Shown here one piece after another: positions 30,125 through 39,462 of a DNA stretch of 64,000 nt. The DNA is from Actinophytocola sp. (GTDB lineage: Bacteria > Actinomycetota > Actinomycetes > Mycobacteriales > Pseudonocardiaceae), in contig NZ_DASWSJ010000124.1 of assembly GCF_036402745.1 (NCBI RefSeq), forward strand, positions 220 through 64,219. The letters run 5' to 3'. The notes beneath the pieces were generated by a model that did no database searches, was not told the origin of the DNA, and was given only the letters and a program-made list of their open reading frames with translations. The position numbers and the translations under genes are program-made. Numbering within the stretch: the first letter of the stretch is position 1; every line of letters starts with the position of its first letter.

Positions 30125-30287
30125 CAGCGGGGCTAAGGCCTGTCTCGTAGATCATCGTGTGAAGTCCTGCGCCGACCACCGGAACCTCAGGGGACCGTGA
30201 CGGCACCCAGCCACCATCCACCTCGATACCCGCACTGTTCGCCGGGACGCAACGCACACTTTTAATCCCGGGGAGGCGGGCTAGCAG
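30118..30287. mobile_element. Possible ~160-bp MITE-like insertion flanked by a GGGCTAGCAG direct repeat
   Basis: Direct repeat at 30118-30127 and 30278-30287; degenerate inverted ends; no ORF. Confidence 0.35.
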
Positions 30288-30979
30288 GGGGACAGGTGGT
30301 TCGAGCGCACCTCGACGGCCGGGTAGCCCGGCAGTCGCTCGAGCGAGTCGTAGTCGCGGGTGCACCCCTGCACCGCCCCGGTCGTCGAGAAGACCTGGGC
30401 GAACACCGGCGTCCGCGTGCAGTCCGGGGTCGACGCCCGGTCGCAGTGGTGCTGGACGGCGACGAGCTCCGGGCCGACGTCGGCGGTGACCTCGGCCAGC
30501 GCGAGGTACCCCGCGTCGGACACGAACGGCTTGAGCAGCGAGCTCCACTTCCCCGACCGCCCCACGACGACCTGCCCGGCGAGCCCGCCGTCGTAGGCGC
30601 CACGCACCAGGCAGGCCGACAGCGACCCGGCCAGGCACTGCAGCGACTCCGGCGTGAGCGTCACGCCCAGCTCGGTGACCGTCGCCTCGATCACCGAGCT
30701 CGACCCCGGCCCGCCGATGCGCAGCCGGCCGGACCGGGCACCGCGGTCGGCGAGCAGCTCGATGGTCGTGCCCGCGACCGGCGCGGTGGCGAGTACCTGG
30801 CAGGGGTCGACCTTGCACCCGTCGACGCCGACGTCGGGTGTGGTCGGCGTGGGCGAGGCGGTCGGCGCGGCCGGCGGGCGCTTCCCGACCTGGGCAGCCG
30901 TGACCAACGCGCCGGCCGCCACCAGCGCGGACACCACGACGACCACGATGATCGCCCACGGTCTGCGCACTCCCGCCAC
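30281..30979 (-). CDS. Conserved hypothetical membrane-anchored/secreted protein with paired Cys
   Basis: C-terminal part of ORF 30281..33001; hydrophobic N-terminus, Pro/Thr linker, Cys-containing ectodomain. Confidence 0.7.
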   Translation of the reverse strand: MAGVRRPWAIIVVVVVSALVAAGALVTAAQVGKRPPAAPTASPTPTTPDVGVDGCKVDPCQVLATAPVAGTTIELLADRGARSGRLRIGGPGSSSVIEATVTELGVTLTPESLQCLAGSLSACLVRGAYDGGLAGQVVVGRSGKWSSLLKPFVSDAGYLALAEVTADVGPELVAVQHHCDRASTPDCTRTPVFAQVFSTTGAVQGCTRDYDSLERLPGYPAVEVRSNHLSPC

Positions 30980-31099
30980 CGTCCGCCACCCGTCCCTCGT
31001 CCGCGTGAGGTTGCTCTCGGTCCCGCTCCAGCGTCCTGTCCGTAGACTCCCCCAGAAGTACCAGGTGTACAGCGTCCCGGCATCGATGAGGAGAAGGGC

Positions 31100-32869
31100 G
31101 TGCCCGAGCTCAGCAAGATCCTGATCGCCAACCGCGGCGAGATCGCCGTCCGTGTCATCCGCGCCTGCCGGGACGCCGGGCTGCCGAGCGTGGCGGTCTA
31201 CGCCGACCCCGACCGGGACGCGATGTTCGTCCGGCTGGCGGACGAGGCGTTCGCGCTCGGCGGGTCCACCGCGGCGGAGAGCTACCTGGACATCGCCAAG
31301 CTCCTCGACGTCGCCCGGCGGGCCGGCGCCGACGCGGTGCATCCCGGCTACGGCTTCCTCTCCGAGAACGCGGACTTCGCCCAGGCCGTCCTCGACGCCG
31401 GGCTCACCTGGATCGGCCCGGGCCCGCAGGCCATCCGCGACCTCGGCGACAAGGTCACCGCCCGGCACATCGCGATGCGGGCCGGCGCGCCGCTCGTGCC
31501 CGGCACCAAGGACCCGGTCGACGGGCCGGACGAGATCGTCGCGTTCGCCGAGGAGCACGGGCTGCCGGTGGCCATCAAGGCGGCGTTCGGCGGCGGCGGC
31601 CGCGGCCTCAAGGTCGCCCGCACGCTCGAGGAGATCCCGGAGCTGTTCGACTCCGCGGTGCGCGAGGCGGTCGCGGCGTTCGGCCGCGGCGAGTGCTTCG
31701 TCGAGCGCTACCTCGACCAGCCCCGGCACGTCGAGGCCCAGGTCCTGGCCGACAAGCACGGCACCGTCGTGGTCGTCGGCACCCGCGACTGCTCGCTGCA
31801 GCGCCGGCACCAGAAGCTGGTCGAGGAGGCCCCCGCGCCGTTCCTCACCGACGCGCAGCGCACGCAGATCCACTCCTCGGCCAAGGCGATCTGCCTCGCC
31901 GCGGGCTACTCCGGCGCCGGCACGGTCGAGTACCTCGTCGGCGTGGACGGCACGATCTCCTTCCTCGAGGTCAACACCCGCCTGCAGGTCGAGCACCCGG
32001 TGTCGGAGGAGACCGCGGGCGTCGACCTCGTGCGCGAGCAGTTCCGGATCGCGGCCGGCGAGAAGCTGCGGCTCACCGAGGACCCGGCCCCGCGCGGGCA
32101 CTCCATCGAGTTCCGGATCAACGGCGAGGACGCCGGCCGCAACTTCCTGCCCGCGCCGGGCGTGGTCACCCGGTTCGTGCCGCCGGACGGGCCGGGCGTG
32201 CGGGTGGACACCGGCGTCGAGTCGGGCACCGCGATCGGCGGCCAGTTCGACTCGCTGCTGGCCAAGGTCATCGTCACCGGTGAGGACCGCACCCAGGCGC
32301 TGGAGCGGTCCCGGCGGGCCCTGGAGGAGATGGTCGTCGACGGCATGGCCACCGTGCTGCCGTTCCACCGGGCGATCGTGCGCGACCCCGCGTTCGTCGG
32401 CGACGGCTCGTCGTTCTCGGTGCACACGCGCTGGATCGAGACCGACTTCGACAACCGGATCCCCCCGTTCACCGACGGCGCCGAGCTGCCCGAGGAGGAG
32501 CCGCGGCAGACGATGGTCGTCGAGGTCGGCGGCCGGCGCCTCGAGGTGTCGCTGCCCGGCGGGCTCGCGGTGGGCGCACCCGCGGCGGCCGGCGGCTCGG
32601 CCGGCAAGGGCAAGCCACGGAAGCGGGGCGCCGGAAAGTCCACTACGGTTTCCGGCGACGCGGTCACGGCGCCCATGCAGGGCACCATCGTCAAGATCGC
32701 GGTCGAGGACGGTCAGCAGGTCGAGTCCGGCGAGCTGATCGTGGTGCTCGAGGCGATGAAGATGGAGAATCCGGTGACCGCCCACAAGTCCGGGACGGTG
32801 ACGGGACTCGCCGTCAGCACCGGCGAGACGGTCACCCAGGGCAGCATGCTCTGCGAGATCAAGGACTGA
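31100..32869 (+). CDS. Acyl-CoA carboxylase alpha subunit (biotin carboxylase + BCCP, AccA3-like)
   Basis: [41 protein letters not shown]. Confidence 0.97.
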   Translation: MPELSKILIANRGEIAVRVIRACRDAGLPSVAVYADPDRDAMFVRLADEAFALGGSTAAESYLDIAKLLDVARRAGADAVHPGYGFLSENADFAQAVLDAGLTWIGPGPQAIRDLGDKVTARHIAMRAGAPLVPGTKDPVDGPDEIVAFAEEHGLPVAIKAAFGGGGRGLKVARTLEEIPELFDSAVREAVAAFGRGECFVERYLDQPRHVEAQVLADKHGTVVVVGTRDCSLQRRHQKLVEEAPAPFLTDAQRTQIHSSAKAICLAAGYSGAGTVEYLVGVDGTISFLEVNTRLQVEHPVSEETAGVDLVREQFRIAAGEKLRLTEDPAPRGHSIEFRINGEDAGRNFLPAPGVVTRFVPPDGPGVRVDTGVESGTAIGGQFDSLLAKVIVTGEDRTQALERSRRALEEMVVDGMATVLPFHRAIVRDPAFVGDGSSFSVHTRWIETDFDNRIPPFTDGAELPEEEPRQTMVVEVGGRRLEVSLPGGLAVGAPAAAGGSAGKGKPRKRGAGKSTTVSGDAVTAPMQGTIVKIAVEDGQQVESGELIVVLEAMKMENPVTAHKSGTVTGLAVSTGETVTQGSMLCEIKD

Positions 32870-32887
32870 GGCCGTCCGGGAGGTCGC

Positions 32888-33343
32888 TTGGCTGAGATCC
32901 GGGTCAGCTCGGCCGAGCGTGACGACGCCGTCGCGGCGCTGGGTGCGCATCACTCGACCGGGCGGCTGAGCCTCACCGACTACGAACGGCGCCGCCAGCA
33001 CGCGATCGAGGCCCGCACCCGGGCCGAGATCGAGGCCCTGTTCGACGACCTGCCCTCACCTCATCCCGACCTCAGCCTCGCGGTGACGCCACGGCCGCTC
33101 GCCCTGGTGCACCCGGAGTGGCCGGGCGGGCGGGTCGGCACCCGGGCGAGCCATGTCATGGACGTCATCGGCGTGCTGTCGCTCCTGGTGGGCCTGCCGA
33201 TCGCGATCGTGCTGACCGCGGCGATGGGCCTGTGGTGGACGTTCCTGATCGTGGTCGGGGCCGGCGTGCTGGCGATGGTGCTGGGCGTGGCGCTGATGAC
33301 CCAGCCGGCCGAGCCACAGCCCTCGGACGAGCCCCACGACTGA
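32888..33343 (+). CDS. DUF1707 (SHOCT-like) membrane protein
   Basis: RVS.AER..A...L......GRL...E..R..A..A.TR..LF.DLP plus TM helices. Confidence 0.85.
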   Translation: MAEIRVSSAERDDAVAALGAHHSTGRLSLTDYERRRQHAIEARTRAEIEALFDDLPSPHPDLSLAVTPRPLALVHPEWPGGRVGTRASHVMDVIGVLSLLVGLPIAIVLTAAMGLWWTFLIVVGAGVLAMVLGVALMTQPAEPQPSDEPHD

Positions 33344-33407
33344 GAATCTCCTCAGCTCAGGACACAACTCACGGTTGGCTACTCGGGAGCGGCCGTACCA
33401 TCGAGTT

Positions 33408-33860
33408 GTGACCGAGTACCAGCGATCCGACATCCGGGTGAGTGATACCGAGCGGGAAGACGCGCTGGGCAAGCTCGGCGAGCACATGAGTGCCGGCCGA
33501 CTCGACATCGACGAGTACGGCGACCGCACCGCCAAGGTCGCCGCCGCCAAGACGCGCGGCGAGGTGCTGGAGCTGTTCGGCGACCTGCCCGAGCCGCGGC
33601 CCACGTTCGGCAAGCCCGCCCAGCTCCCGGCACCCGCGGTCCCCCGCACGGTGTCGTTCGCCCAGAAGGTCGCCCCCGTACTGCTGCCGGTCGCCGGCGT
33701 CATGCTGGTGCTCGGCCTGGTCTTCCTCATCAAGCTGCCGTTCTTCTTCCTCATCCCGTTCATCTTCTTCGCCGTCCAGAGCGGCCGCTGGCGCGATGAC
33801 CAGCGGCGGCGCGACCACCGCCGGCGCATGCACGGCCGGTGGCGCGACGAGCGCTACTGA
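33408..33860 (+). CDS. DUF1707 (SHOCT-like) membrane protein
   Basis: IRVSDTERE..L.EH...GRL..EY..R, LFGDLP plus TM. Confidence 0.88.
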   Translation: MTEYQRSDIRVSDTEREDALGKLGEHMSAGRLDIDEYGDRTAKVAAAKTRGEVLELFGDLPEPRPTFGKPAQLPAPAVPRTVSFAQKVAPVLLPVAGVMLVLGLVFLIKLPFFFLIPFIFFAVQSGRWRDDQRRRDHRRRMHGRWRDERY

Positions 33861-33955
33861 AAGCGCTACCAACTGGGAACCGAACGGGCCGATCGGCGGA
33901 TTGTGGCCCCTGCGCGCCCTTGCCAAACTCTGAAAAAGATCTCACAAAAATCAGG

Positions 33956-33982
33956 TGAACCGTCGAATCCGAGCATCCGTAG
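33956..33982 (+). promoter_or_regulatory. Putative ECF promoter TGAAC-N17-CGTAG with an AT-rich upstream tract
   Basis: Read directly upstream of the PE-like gene. Confidence 0.4.
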
Positions 33983-34028
33983 CGGATAAGGTTTGACTGA
34001 CCACAGGCAGGTTTGGTTGGAGGGCGGC

Positions 34029-34391
34029 GTGGCAGGCGAGCACGGGGGCGGTCATGGTCATGGCGACAGCCGGAGCAGCATCCTCCAGATCGATCCGGAC
34101 GCGGTTCCCTTGCTGCGCAACGCGTTCGTCGACGCCTTGGCCAGGGTCGACCAGCAGCTGACGGTCGCGGAGCACGAGCTTCGGGTCACCGCGTGGGCGA
34201 AGGACCCGGTGAGCCAGGACGCGGCGGCGCTGTTCAACGAGCGGTCGGTGGACACCGTGGAGTCGGCCGTCGACTCGCTGCGCGCCTACCGCGAGCAGCT
34301 GAACGTGGCCGTCGCCAACCTGGACAAGACGGCGGAGCAGTACAGCGCGGTCGACCAGGACGGCCGGAGCGGCGTGAACAAGACGGGCTGA
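34029..34391 (+). CDS. PE-like type VII secretion substrate
   Basis: 120 aa, WAKDPVS, C-terminal YSAVD (YxxxD); precedes PPE. Confidence 0.75.
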   Translation: MAGEHGGGHGHGDSRSSILQIDPDAVPLLRNAFVDALARVDQQLTVAEHELRVTAWAKDPVSQDAAALFNERSVDTVESAVDSLRAYREQLNVAVANLDKTAEQYSAVDQDGRSGVNKTG

Positions 34392-34448
34392 TCCCGTTGG
34401 CGGGGCAGGCAACTCCAGTAGGCGCGACGGACACGAGGGACGTACCCA

Positions 34449-35774
34449 GTGACTCAACCGACTGAGCAGCCAGGGAGCCGGCCGAGCGGTCAGCCGGTGG
34501 AGGCGGCCCGCTGGCGTGGACACACCCACAAGGAGCTGTACCTGCTGCTGCACGACGGGCCGGGCGCGGCCGCGTCGGCGGAGCCGTCCCGGCGCTGGGC
34601 CGAGCTGTCGACCACGCTCACCGAGATCGGCCAGGACCTGCAGAAGGCGTTGGAGCAGGCGGGCGCGAGCTGGGCCGGCCGGGCCGCCGGCGCCGCCTAC
34701 GACCGGCTGTCCACCACCGCGACGTGGGCCACGGAGACCAGCGCGGACGCGGCCGGCATGCGCACCGCGGTCGAGAACCAGGCCGAGCACATCGCGCGCG
34801 CCCGGGCCGACATGCCCGCACCCGAGGACGTGCCGCCCGCCCAGCCGGACCCGACGATCGCGCCGGCCGTGCAGGTGGCCGCCGCGCAGACCGACCTCGA
34901 GGGCGCCGAGGCCACCGCGTCCTCCGCCGAGGAGCGGGCGTTCGAGGTGATGGCCGCCTACGAGCTGAACACGAACACCACTACCGATGCGCTGGCCGTG
35001 TTCGGGGCGCCACCGGAGCTGATCCACCGCGACGAGATCCACCAGGGCCAGGGGATCGGCAACCAGCACACGCACGCGTCGTCGGCGATCACCGACTGGC
35101 GGCCGCAGCAGCAGGAGACCCCGCGCTCGTGGCCGGGCGAGAGCCACGGCAACCACGGTGGTGGTCGCGGCGGCTGGGGTGGTGGCTGGGGCACCGGTGG
35201 CGCGTCCGCGCCGTGGACCGAGCCCGAGGTCGGCCGGCGTCCGTCGGCGCCGTCCGCGCCGGCCCCCGCGCCGGGCAGGTTCAGCGGCGCGGCCCCGCTG
35301 TTCGCGTCGACGGGCGACCGCTCGCAGCAGCGCTCGTCGAACCGTTCCTCCGGCGGCTCGTCCTCCTCGACCGGCGGCGGGTCGTCGGCCGGTGGCAACT
35401 CGGGCGCGCCGGGTGGCGGCAGCTCGTCGGGTGCCTCGCCGCGGACGGGTGCCACGAGCATGGGCGTTCCCGCCGGCGACCTCCAGGCCGCCGCGGCGAG
35501 CCAGGCGGCCGTGCACCAGGCCGGCGCGCCGATGGCGCCGGCCGCGGGTGCGCCGGTCGGCGGTGGCCAGGACAGGCTGGCGCTGCGCCGGTTCGGCATG
35601 GACGCGATCGGGTCGAACCAGTGGTTCGGCGAGGTCGACGAGCCGGTGGTCGGCCAGGCGCCGAAGCGGCGCAGGGATTTCCGGGAAGTCGAGCAGGTGA
35701 CCGAGTCGGTGTCTATTCTCGGCGAGGAGCACAAGCTGCCGCCCAACGTGATCGGCGACGGCCCCACCCGCTGA
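34449..35774 (+). CDS. PPE domain-containing protein
   Basis: HKELY..LH.GPG, WAG (WxG), A.EVM..YE; Gly/Ser-rich tail; ends P.VIG. Confidence 0.88.
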   Translation: MTQPTEQPGSRPSGQPVEAARWRGHTHKELYLLLHDGPGAAASAEPSRRWAELSTTLTEIGQDLQKALEQAGASWAGRAAGAAYDRLSTTATWATETSADAAGMRTAVENQAEHIARARADMPAPEDVPPAQPDPTIAPAVQVAAAQTDLEGAEATASSAEERAFEVMAAYELNTNTTTDALAVFGAPPELIHRDEIHQGQGIGNQHTHASSAITDWRPQQQETPRSWPGESHGNHGGGRGGWGGGWGTGGASAPWTEPEVGRRPSAPSAPAPAPGRFSGAAPLFASTGDRSQQRSSNRSSGGSSSSTGGGSSAGGNSGAPGGGSSSGASPRTGATSMGVPAGDLQAAAASQAAVHQAGAPMAPAAGAPVGGGQDRLALRRFGMDAIGSNQWFGEVDEPVVGQAPKRRRDFREVEQVTESVSILGEEHKLPPNVIGDGPTR

Positions 35775-35787
35775 CCGCCTGGACCAG

Positions 35788-36603
35788 ATGACCGCACCGT
35801 TCTCCTGGCTCGGCCAGGCTGACACCCCCGAGCCGGTGACGATCACCGCGCTGGAGTTCGACGTGCTCTGGGAGCACTGCGCGCTGGACGCCATGCCGTT
35901 GGTGCTCCGCGTCCCGTCCCCCGGCCGGACCGACGCCGAGCGCGCGGCGCTGGTCCGCGAGGCCTGGGACGGTCTGGAAAGTCGTGGCCTGGGCCGCCCG
36001 GTCTCGCTCGATCCGTTGCTGGAGCGCCTGTTGTACCTGCTGCGGCGCCCCGAACGCGAGATCGACGGCCGCCTGTGGCTCGGCCGCCAGGTCCGCCTCT
36101 TCTGCGCGGCCACTGGTGATGACGCGGTCCTGGCCACCATGTCCGGCGACGAGCTGACCCTGCGCCCGGCGGACGCGACGGGCCTGCCCCGGCATGCGTT
36201 GTCGGTCCTGCCGCCGGCCCCGGCCGGCCCGGGCCAGTCGATCACCTTGCGCACCGAGGACTTCGAGGCAGCGGCTCACGAGGCCGCCGACCGCACGAAG
36301 TTCGAGGCCGCCCTCCGCTCCCACGGAGTCAGGTCCGCGGACGCCGGCCACCTGGTGGAGATGATCGGCGACGTGATCAACCAGGGCCAGTTCGGCACCG
36401 CGACGAGAGATCGCTGGGGCCGCAGAGTGCGGGCGAATCGAGTGATCAGCTTCTTCGACACGAAGGCCGGCCGCTACCTACAGGTCCGCCGGGACGCCGA
36501 GGGTGTGGAGCCCTGGACGACGATCTCGCCGGCGGACGCGCGGCGGATGCTCCAGCACCTGACGGACCTGCACGAGGAGCAACTACCGCAACGCGATGCC
36601 TGA
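35788..36603 (+). CDS. espG: ESX secretion-associated chaperone EspG
   Basis: EFDVLWE, P..L...SPG.T..ER, PAGPG.S.T, GQFG, FFDT..GRY, PAD. Confidence 0.9.
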   Translation: MTAPFSWLGQADTPEPVTITALEFDVLWEHCALDAMPLVLRVPSPGRTDAERAALVREAWDGLESRGLGRPVSLDPLLERLLYLLRRPEREIDGRLWLGRQVRLFCAATGDDAVLATMSGDELTLRPADATGLPRHALSVLPPAPAGPGQSITLRTEDFEAAAHEAADRTKFEAALRSHGVRSADAGHLVEMIGDVINQGQFGTATRDRWGRRVRANRVISFFDTKAGRYLQVRRDAEGVEPWTTISPADARRMLQHLTDLHEEQLPQRDA

Positions 36604-36652
36604 CCCAAGTAGGCGTGCCAAGGCCGCCACGGAGCCGACCACCCACCCGGGC

Positions 36653-36733
36653 CGTGGCCTCCGGCCCCCCGAGATCCATCCTACGGACGCCCACCGACAA
36701 AAAACGGCGCCCGCGGCGGCAGCCTGTGGACAA
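36653..36733 (-). promoter_or_regulatory. Dispersed element: DnaA-type box plus orphan RecA-NDp/PafBC promoter
   Basis: Minus strand TTGTCCACA (36733-36725), TTGTCGGTG-N8-TAGGAT (36700-36678); 43/50 identical to 1037-1086. Confidence 0.7.
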
Positions 36734-36761
36734 CCCGGCACGAAGGCCCGGCGAGCAAGAG

Positions 36762-38519
36762 TCAGACGACAGGCTCGAGCAACTCGGGCCGAGCCTCCGG
36801 CGCGGCAGCCCGTCGAGCATCCGCCGCAAGATCGTCCGGCTGGGTCTGCGAGTCCCGCTCCGCCTCGACCCGAGCCGTGTACACCGAGATCTCCCGCGAG
36901 ATGGTCGCCTCGTCCCACCCCAGAACCTCCCCCATCAGAGAAGCGACCTGAGCAGCGCAGTCCACCCCCCGATGCGGATACTCGATGGAGATCCGAGTCC
37001 GCCGCGCGAGAGTGTCCTCGACGTGCAAGGCCCCCTCATGAGAGGCGGCGTAGACGATCTCGACGGCGAGATAGTCCGGCGCGGCGGCCAGCGGGCGCAA
37101 CAGCTCCGGCCGCCCGTCGGCGAGCTGGAGAACTTCGTGCACCAACGACCCGTACCGGTCCAGCAGGTGCCGCACCCGATAGGGATGCAGCCCGTGCCGC
37201 GCCCCCAGCTGGTCCACCTGGTTCACCAGCGCGTGGTACCCATCGGCCCCGAGCAGCGGCACCTTGTCCGTGATCGAGGGCTGCAACCGGCCCGGCAGGT
37301 CGGCGGACGCCGCGTCGACGGCGTCGGCGGCCATCACCCGGTACGTCGTGTACTTGCCGCCCGCGATCGCGACCAGGCCGGGGGCGACCCGCGCCACGGC
37401 GTGCTCGCGGGACAACTTCGACGTCTCCTCCGACTCGCCGGCCAGCAGCGGCCGCAGGCCCGCGTACACGCCCTCGATGTCCTCGTGCGTGAGCGGCGTG
37501 GCCAGCACCGAGTTGACGTGCTCGAGCAGGTAGTCGATGTCGTGCTTGGTGGCCGCCGGGTGCGCGAGGTCGAGGTTCCAGTCCGTGTCGGTGGTACCGA
37601 TGATCCAGTGGTTGCGCCACGGGATGACGAACAGGACCGACTTCTCCGTCCGCAGGATCAGCCCGGTCTCCGACACGATCCGGTCCCGCGGCACCACGAT
37701 GTGCACGCCCTTGCTGGCCCGCACCCGGAACCGCCCGCGGGAACCGGACAGCCGCTGCAGCTCGTCGGTCCATACCCCGGTGCAGTTGATGACCGCGTTG
37801 GCCTGGACCTCGGTCTCCCGGCCGTTCTCGACGTCGTGGATCCGCACACCGGACACCCGGTCGGCCTCCCGGGTGAACCCCACGACCTGCGTCGACGTGC
37901 GCAGGACCGCGCCGTAGCGCACCGCGGTGCGGGCGACGGTCATCGTGTGCCGGGCGTCGTCGGCCTGGGCGTCGTAGTAGCGGATGCCGCCGATCAGCGC
38001 GGACCGCTTGAGCGCGGGCGCCATCCGCAGCGCGGCCGCCCGGGTGAGGTGCTTCTGACCGGGCACCGACCGCGCGCCGCCCATGCTGTCGTAGAGGAAC
38101 AGCCCGGCCGCGGTGTAGGGCCGCTCCCACACCCGGTGGGTGAGCGGGTAGAGGAAGCTCACCGGCTTGACCAGATGCGGCGCGAGCCTGGTGAGCATCA
38201 GCTCCCGCTCCCGCAGCGCCTCGCGCACCAGCCCGAACTCGAGCTGCTCGAGGTAGCGGAGCCCGCCGTGGAACAGCTTCGAGGACCGGCTCGACGTGCC
38301 GGAGGCCAGGTCACGCGCCTCGACGAGCGCCACCCGCAGCCCGCGGGTGGCGGCGTCGAGCGCGGTGCCCGCGCCGACCACTCCGCCGCCGACGACGACC
38401 AGGTCGAAGGTCTCCGAGCTCAGCCGCTCCCAGGCCTCCGCGCGCTCCTCGGTGCCCAACCGGCCACTGATCGTGTCCAGTGTGGAATGGTGCGCGGCGG
38501 GCGTACTGCGGTTGGTCAC
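36762..38519 (-). CDS. glpD: Glycerol-3-phosphate dehydrogenase/oxidase
   Basis: DLVVVGGGVVG, GTSSRSSKLFHGGLRYL, AGLRPL, SREH, GGKYTTYR; GAGGAGG RBS before GTG 38519. Confidence 0.95.
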   Translation of the reverse strand: MTNRSTPAAHHSTLDTISGRLGTEERAEAWERLSSETFDLVVVGGGVVGAGTALDAATRGLRVALVEARDLASGTSSRSSKLFHGGLRYLEQLEFGLVREALRERELMLTRLAPHLVKPVSFLYPLTHRVWERPYTAAGLFLYDSMGGARSVPGQKHLTRAAALRMAPALKRSALIGGIRYYDAQADDARHTMTVARTAVRYGAVLRTSTQVVGFTREADRVSGVRIHDVENGRETEVQANAVINCTGVWTDELQRLSGSRGRFRVRASKGVHIVVPRDRIVSETGLILRTEKSVLFVIPWRNHWIIGTTDTDWNLDLAHPAATKHDIDYLLEHVNSVLATPLTHEDIEGVYAGLRPLLAGESEETSKLSREHAVARVAPGLVAIAGGKYTTYRVMAADAVDAASADLPGRLQPSITDKVPLLGADGYHALVNQVDQLGARHGLHPYRVRHLLDRYGSLVHEVLQLADGRPELLRPLAAAPDYLAVEIVYAASHEGALHVEDTLARRTRISIEYPHRGVDCAAQVASLMGEVLGWDEATISREISVYTARVEAERDSQTQPDDLAADARRAAAPEARPELLEPVV

Positions 38520-38719
38520 GGCGCCTCCTCGGGTACTACCGGCCCGAACGCGATCCACGCTACCGGCCAACCGCTCACCAGGCGCGTTTCGCGGGCATCC
38601 GGTACACCTGGACAAGTTGACCTTGCGTACCGTAGCGTCCGACCTCGCTCAGGGTAGGCACCGGCGCCCCACCCTCCAGGCCACGGTGGCCTACCCACTT
38701 CGGTACGAAGGAGTGGGTC

Positions 38720-39445
38720 GTGGATCTGAACTTCGGCGAGATCTTTCTCTGGGAGATGCTCGGCACCGCAGGACTGATTCTGTTCGGTGCGGGTGTCGTG
38801 GCCAACGTCGTGCTCAAGAAGACACTGGGCTCCGGCGGCGGCTGGCTCCTCATCAACATCGGCTGGGGTTTCGCGGTGTTCGTCGGGGCGAGCATCGCCA
38901 GCCCGTCCGGGGCGCACATCAACCCGGCGGTCACCATCGGGTTGCTCGCCTCCGGAAAGTCGAGCTTCGGCTGGGCGGACGCGCCTGCCTATCTCCTCGG
39001 CCAGATGGTCGGCGCCATCATTGGTGCCGTCCTCGCCTGGGCCGCCTACAAACTGCAGTTCGACACCCACGACGAGCCGGAGAACACCCGCGGGATCTTC
39101 TGCACCGGTCCGACCGTGCCCAACTACGCCTGGAACGTGGTCACCGAGATCATCGGCACCTTCGCGCTGGTCTTCTGGATCCTGCTCAACCCGTCGGTCA
39201 ACTCCGCCCTCGGCTACGCCGCGGTCTCCTTCGTCGTGATCGGCATCGGTGCCTCCCTCGGTGGGCCGACCGGTTACGCCATCAACCCGGCGCGTGACCT
39301 CGGTCCGCGCATCGCGTACGCCCTGCTGCCGATCAAGGGCAAGGGCAGCCCGGACTGGAACTACGCCTGGGTTCCGGTGGCCGGCCCGATCGTCGGCGCG
39401 GTTCTCGCCGGGCTCGTCTACCAGCTCCTGCCGGCCGCGTCCTGA
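38720..39445 (+). CDS. glpF: Glycerol uptake facilitator (MIP family)
   Basis: [10 protein letters not shown] and [13 protein letters not shown]. Confidence 0.95.
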   Translation: MDLNFGEIFLWEMLGTAGLILFGAGVVANVVLKKTLGSGGGWLLINIGWGFAVFVGASIASPSGAHINPAVTIGLLASGKSSFGWADAPAYLLGQMVGAIIGAVLAWAAYKLQFDTHDEPENTRGIFCTGPTVPNYAWNVVTEIIGTFALVFWILLNPSVNSALGYAAVSFVVIGIGASLGGPTGYAINPARDLGPRIAYALLPIKGKGSPDWNYAWVPVAGPIVGAVLAGLVYQLLPAAS

Positions 39446-39462
39446 ACCAGAGAGGCACATCG

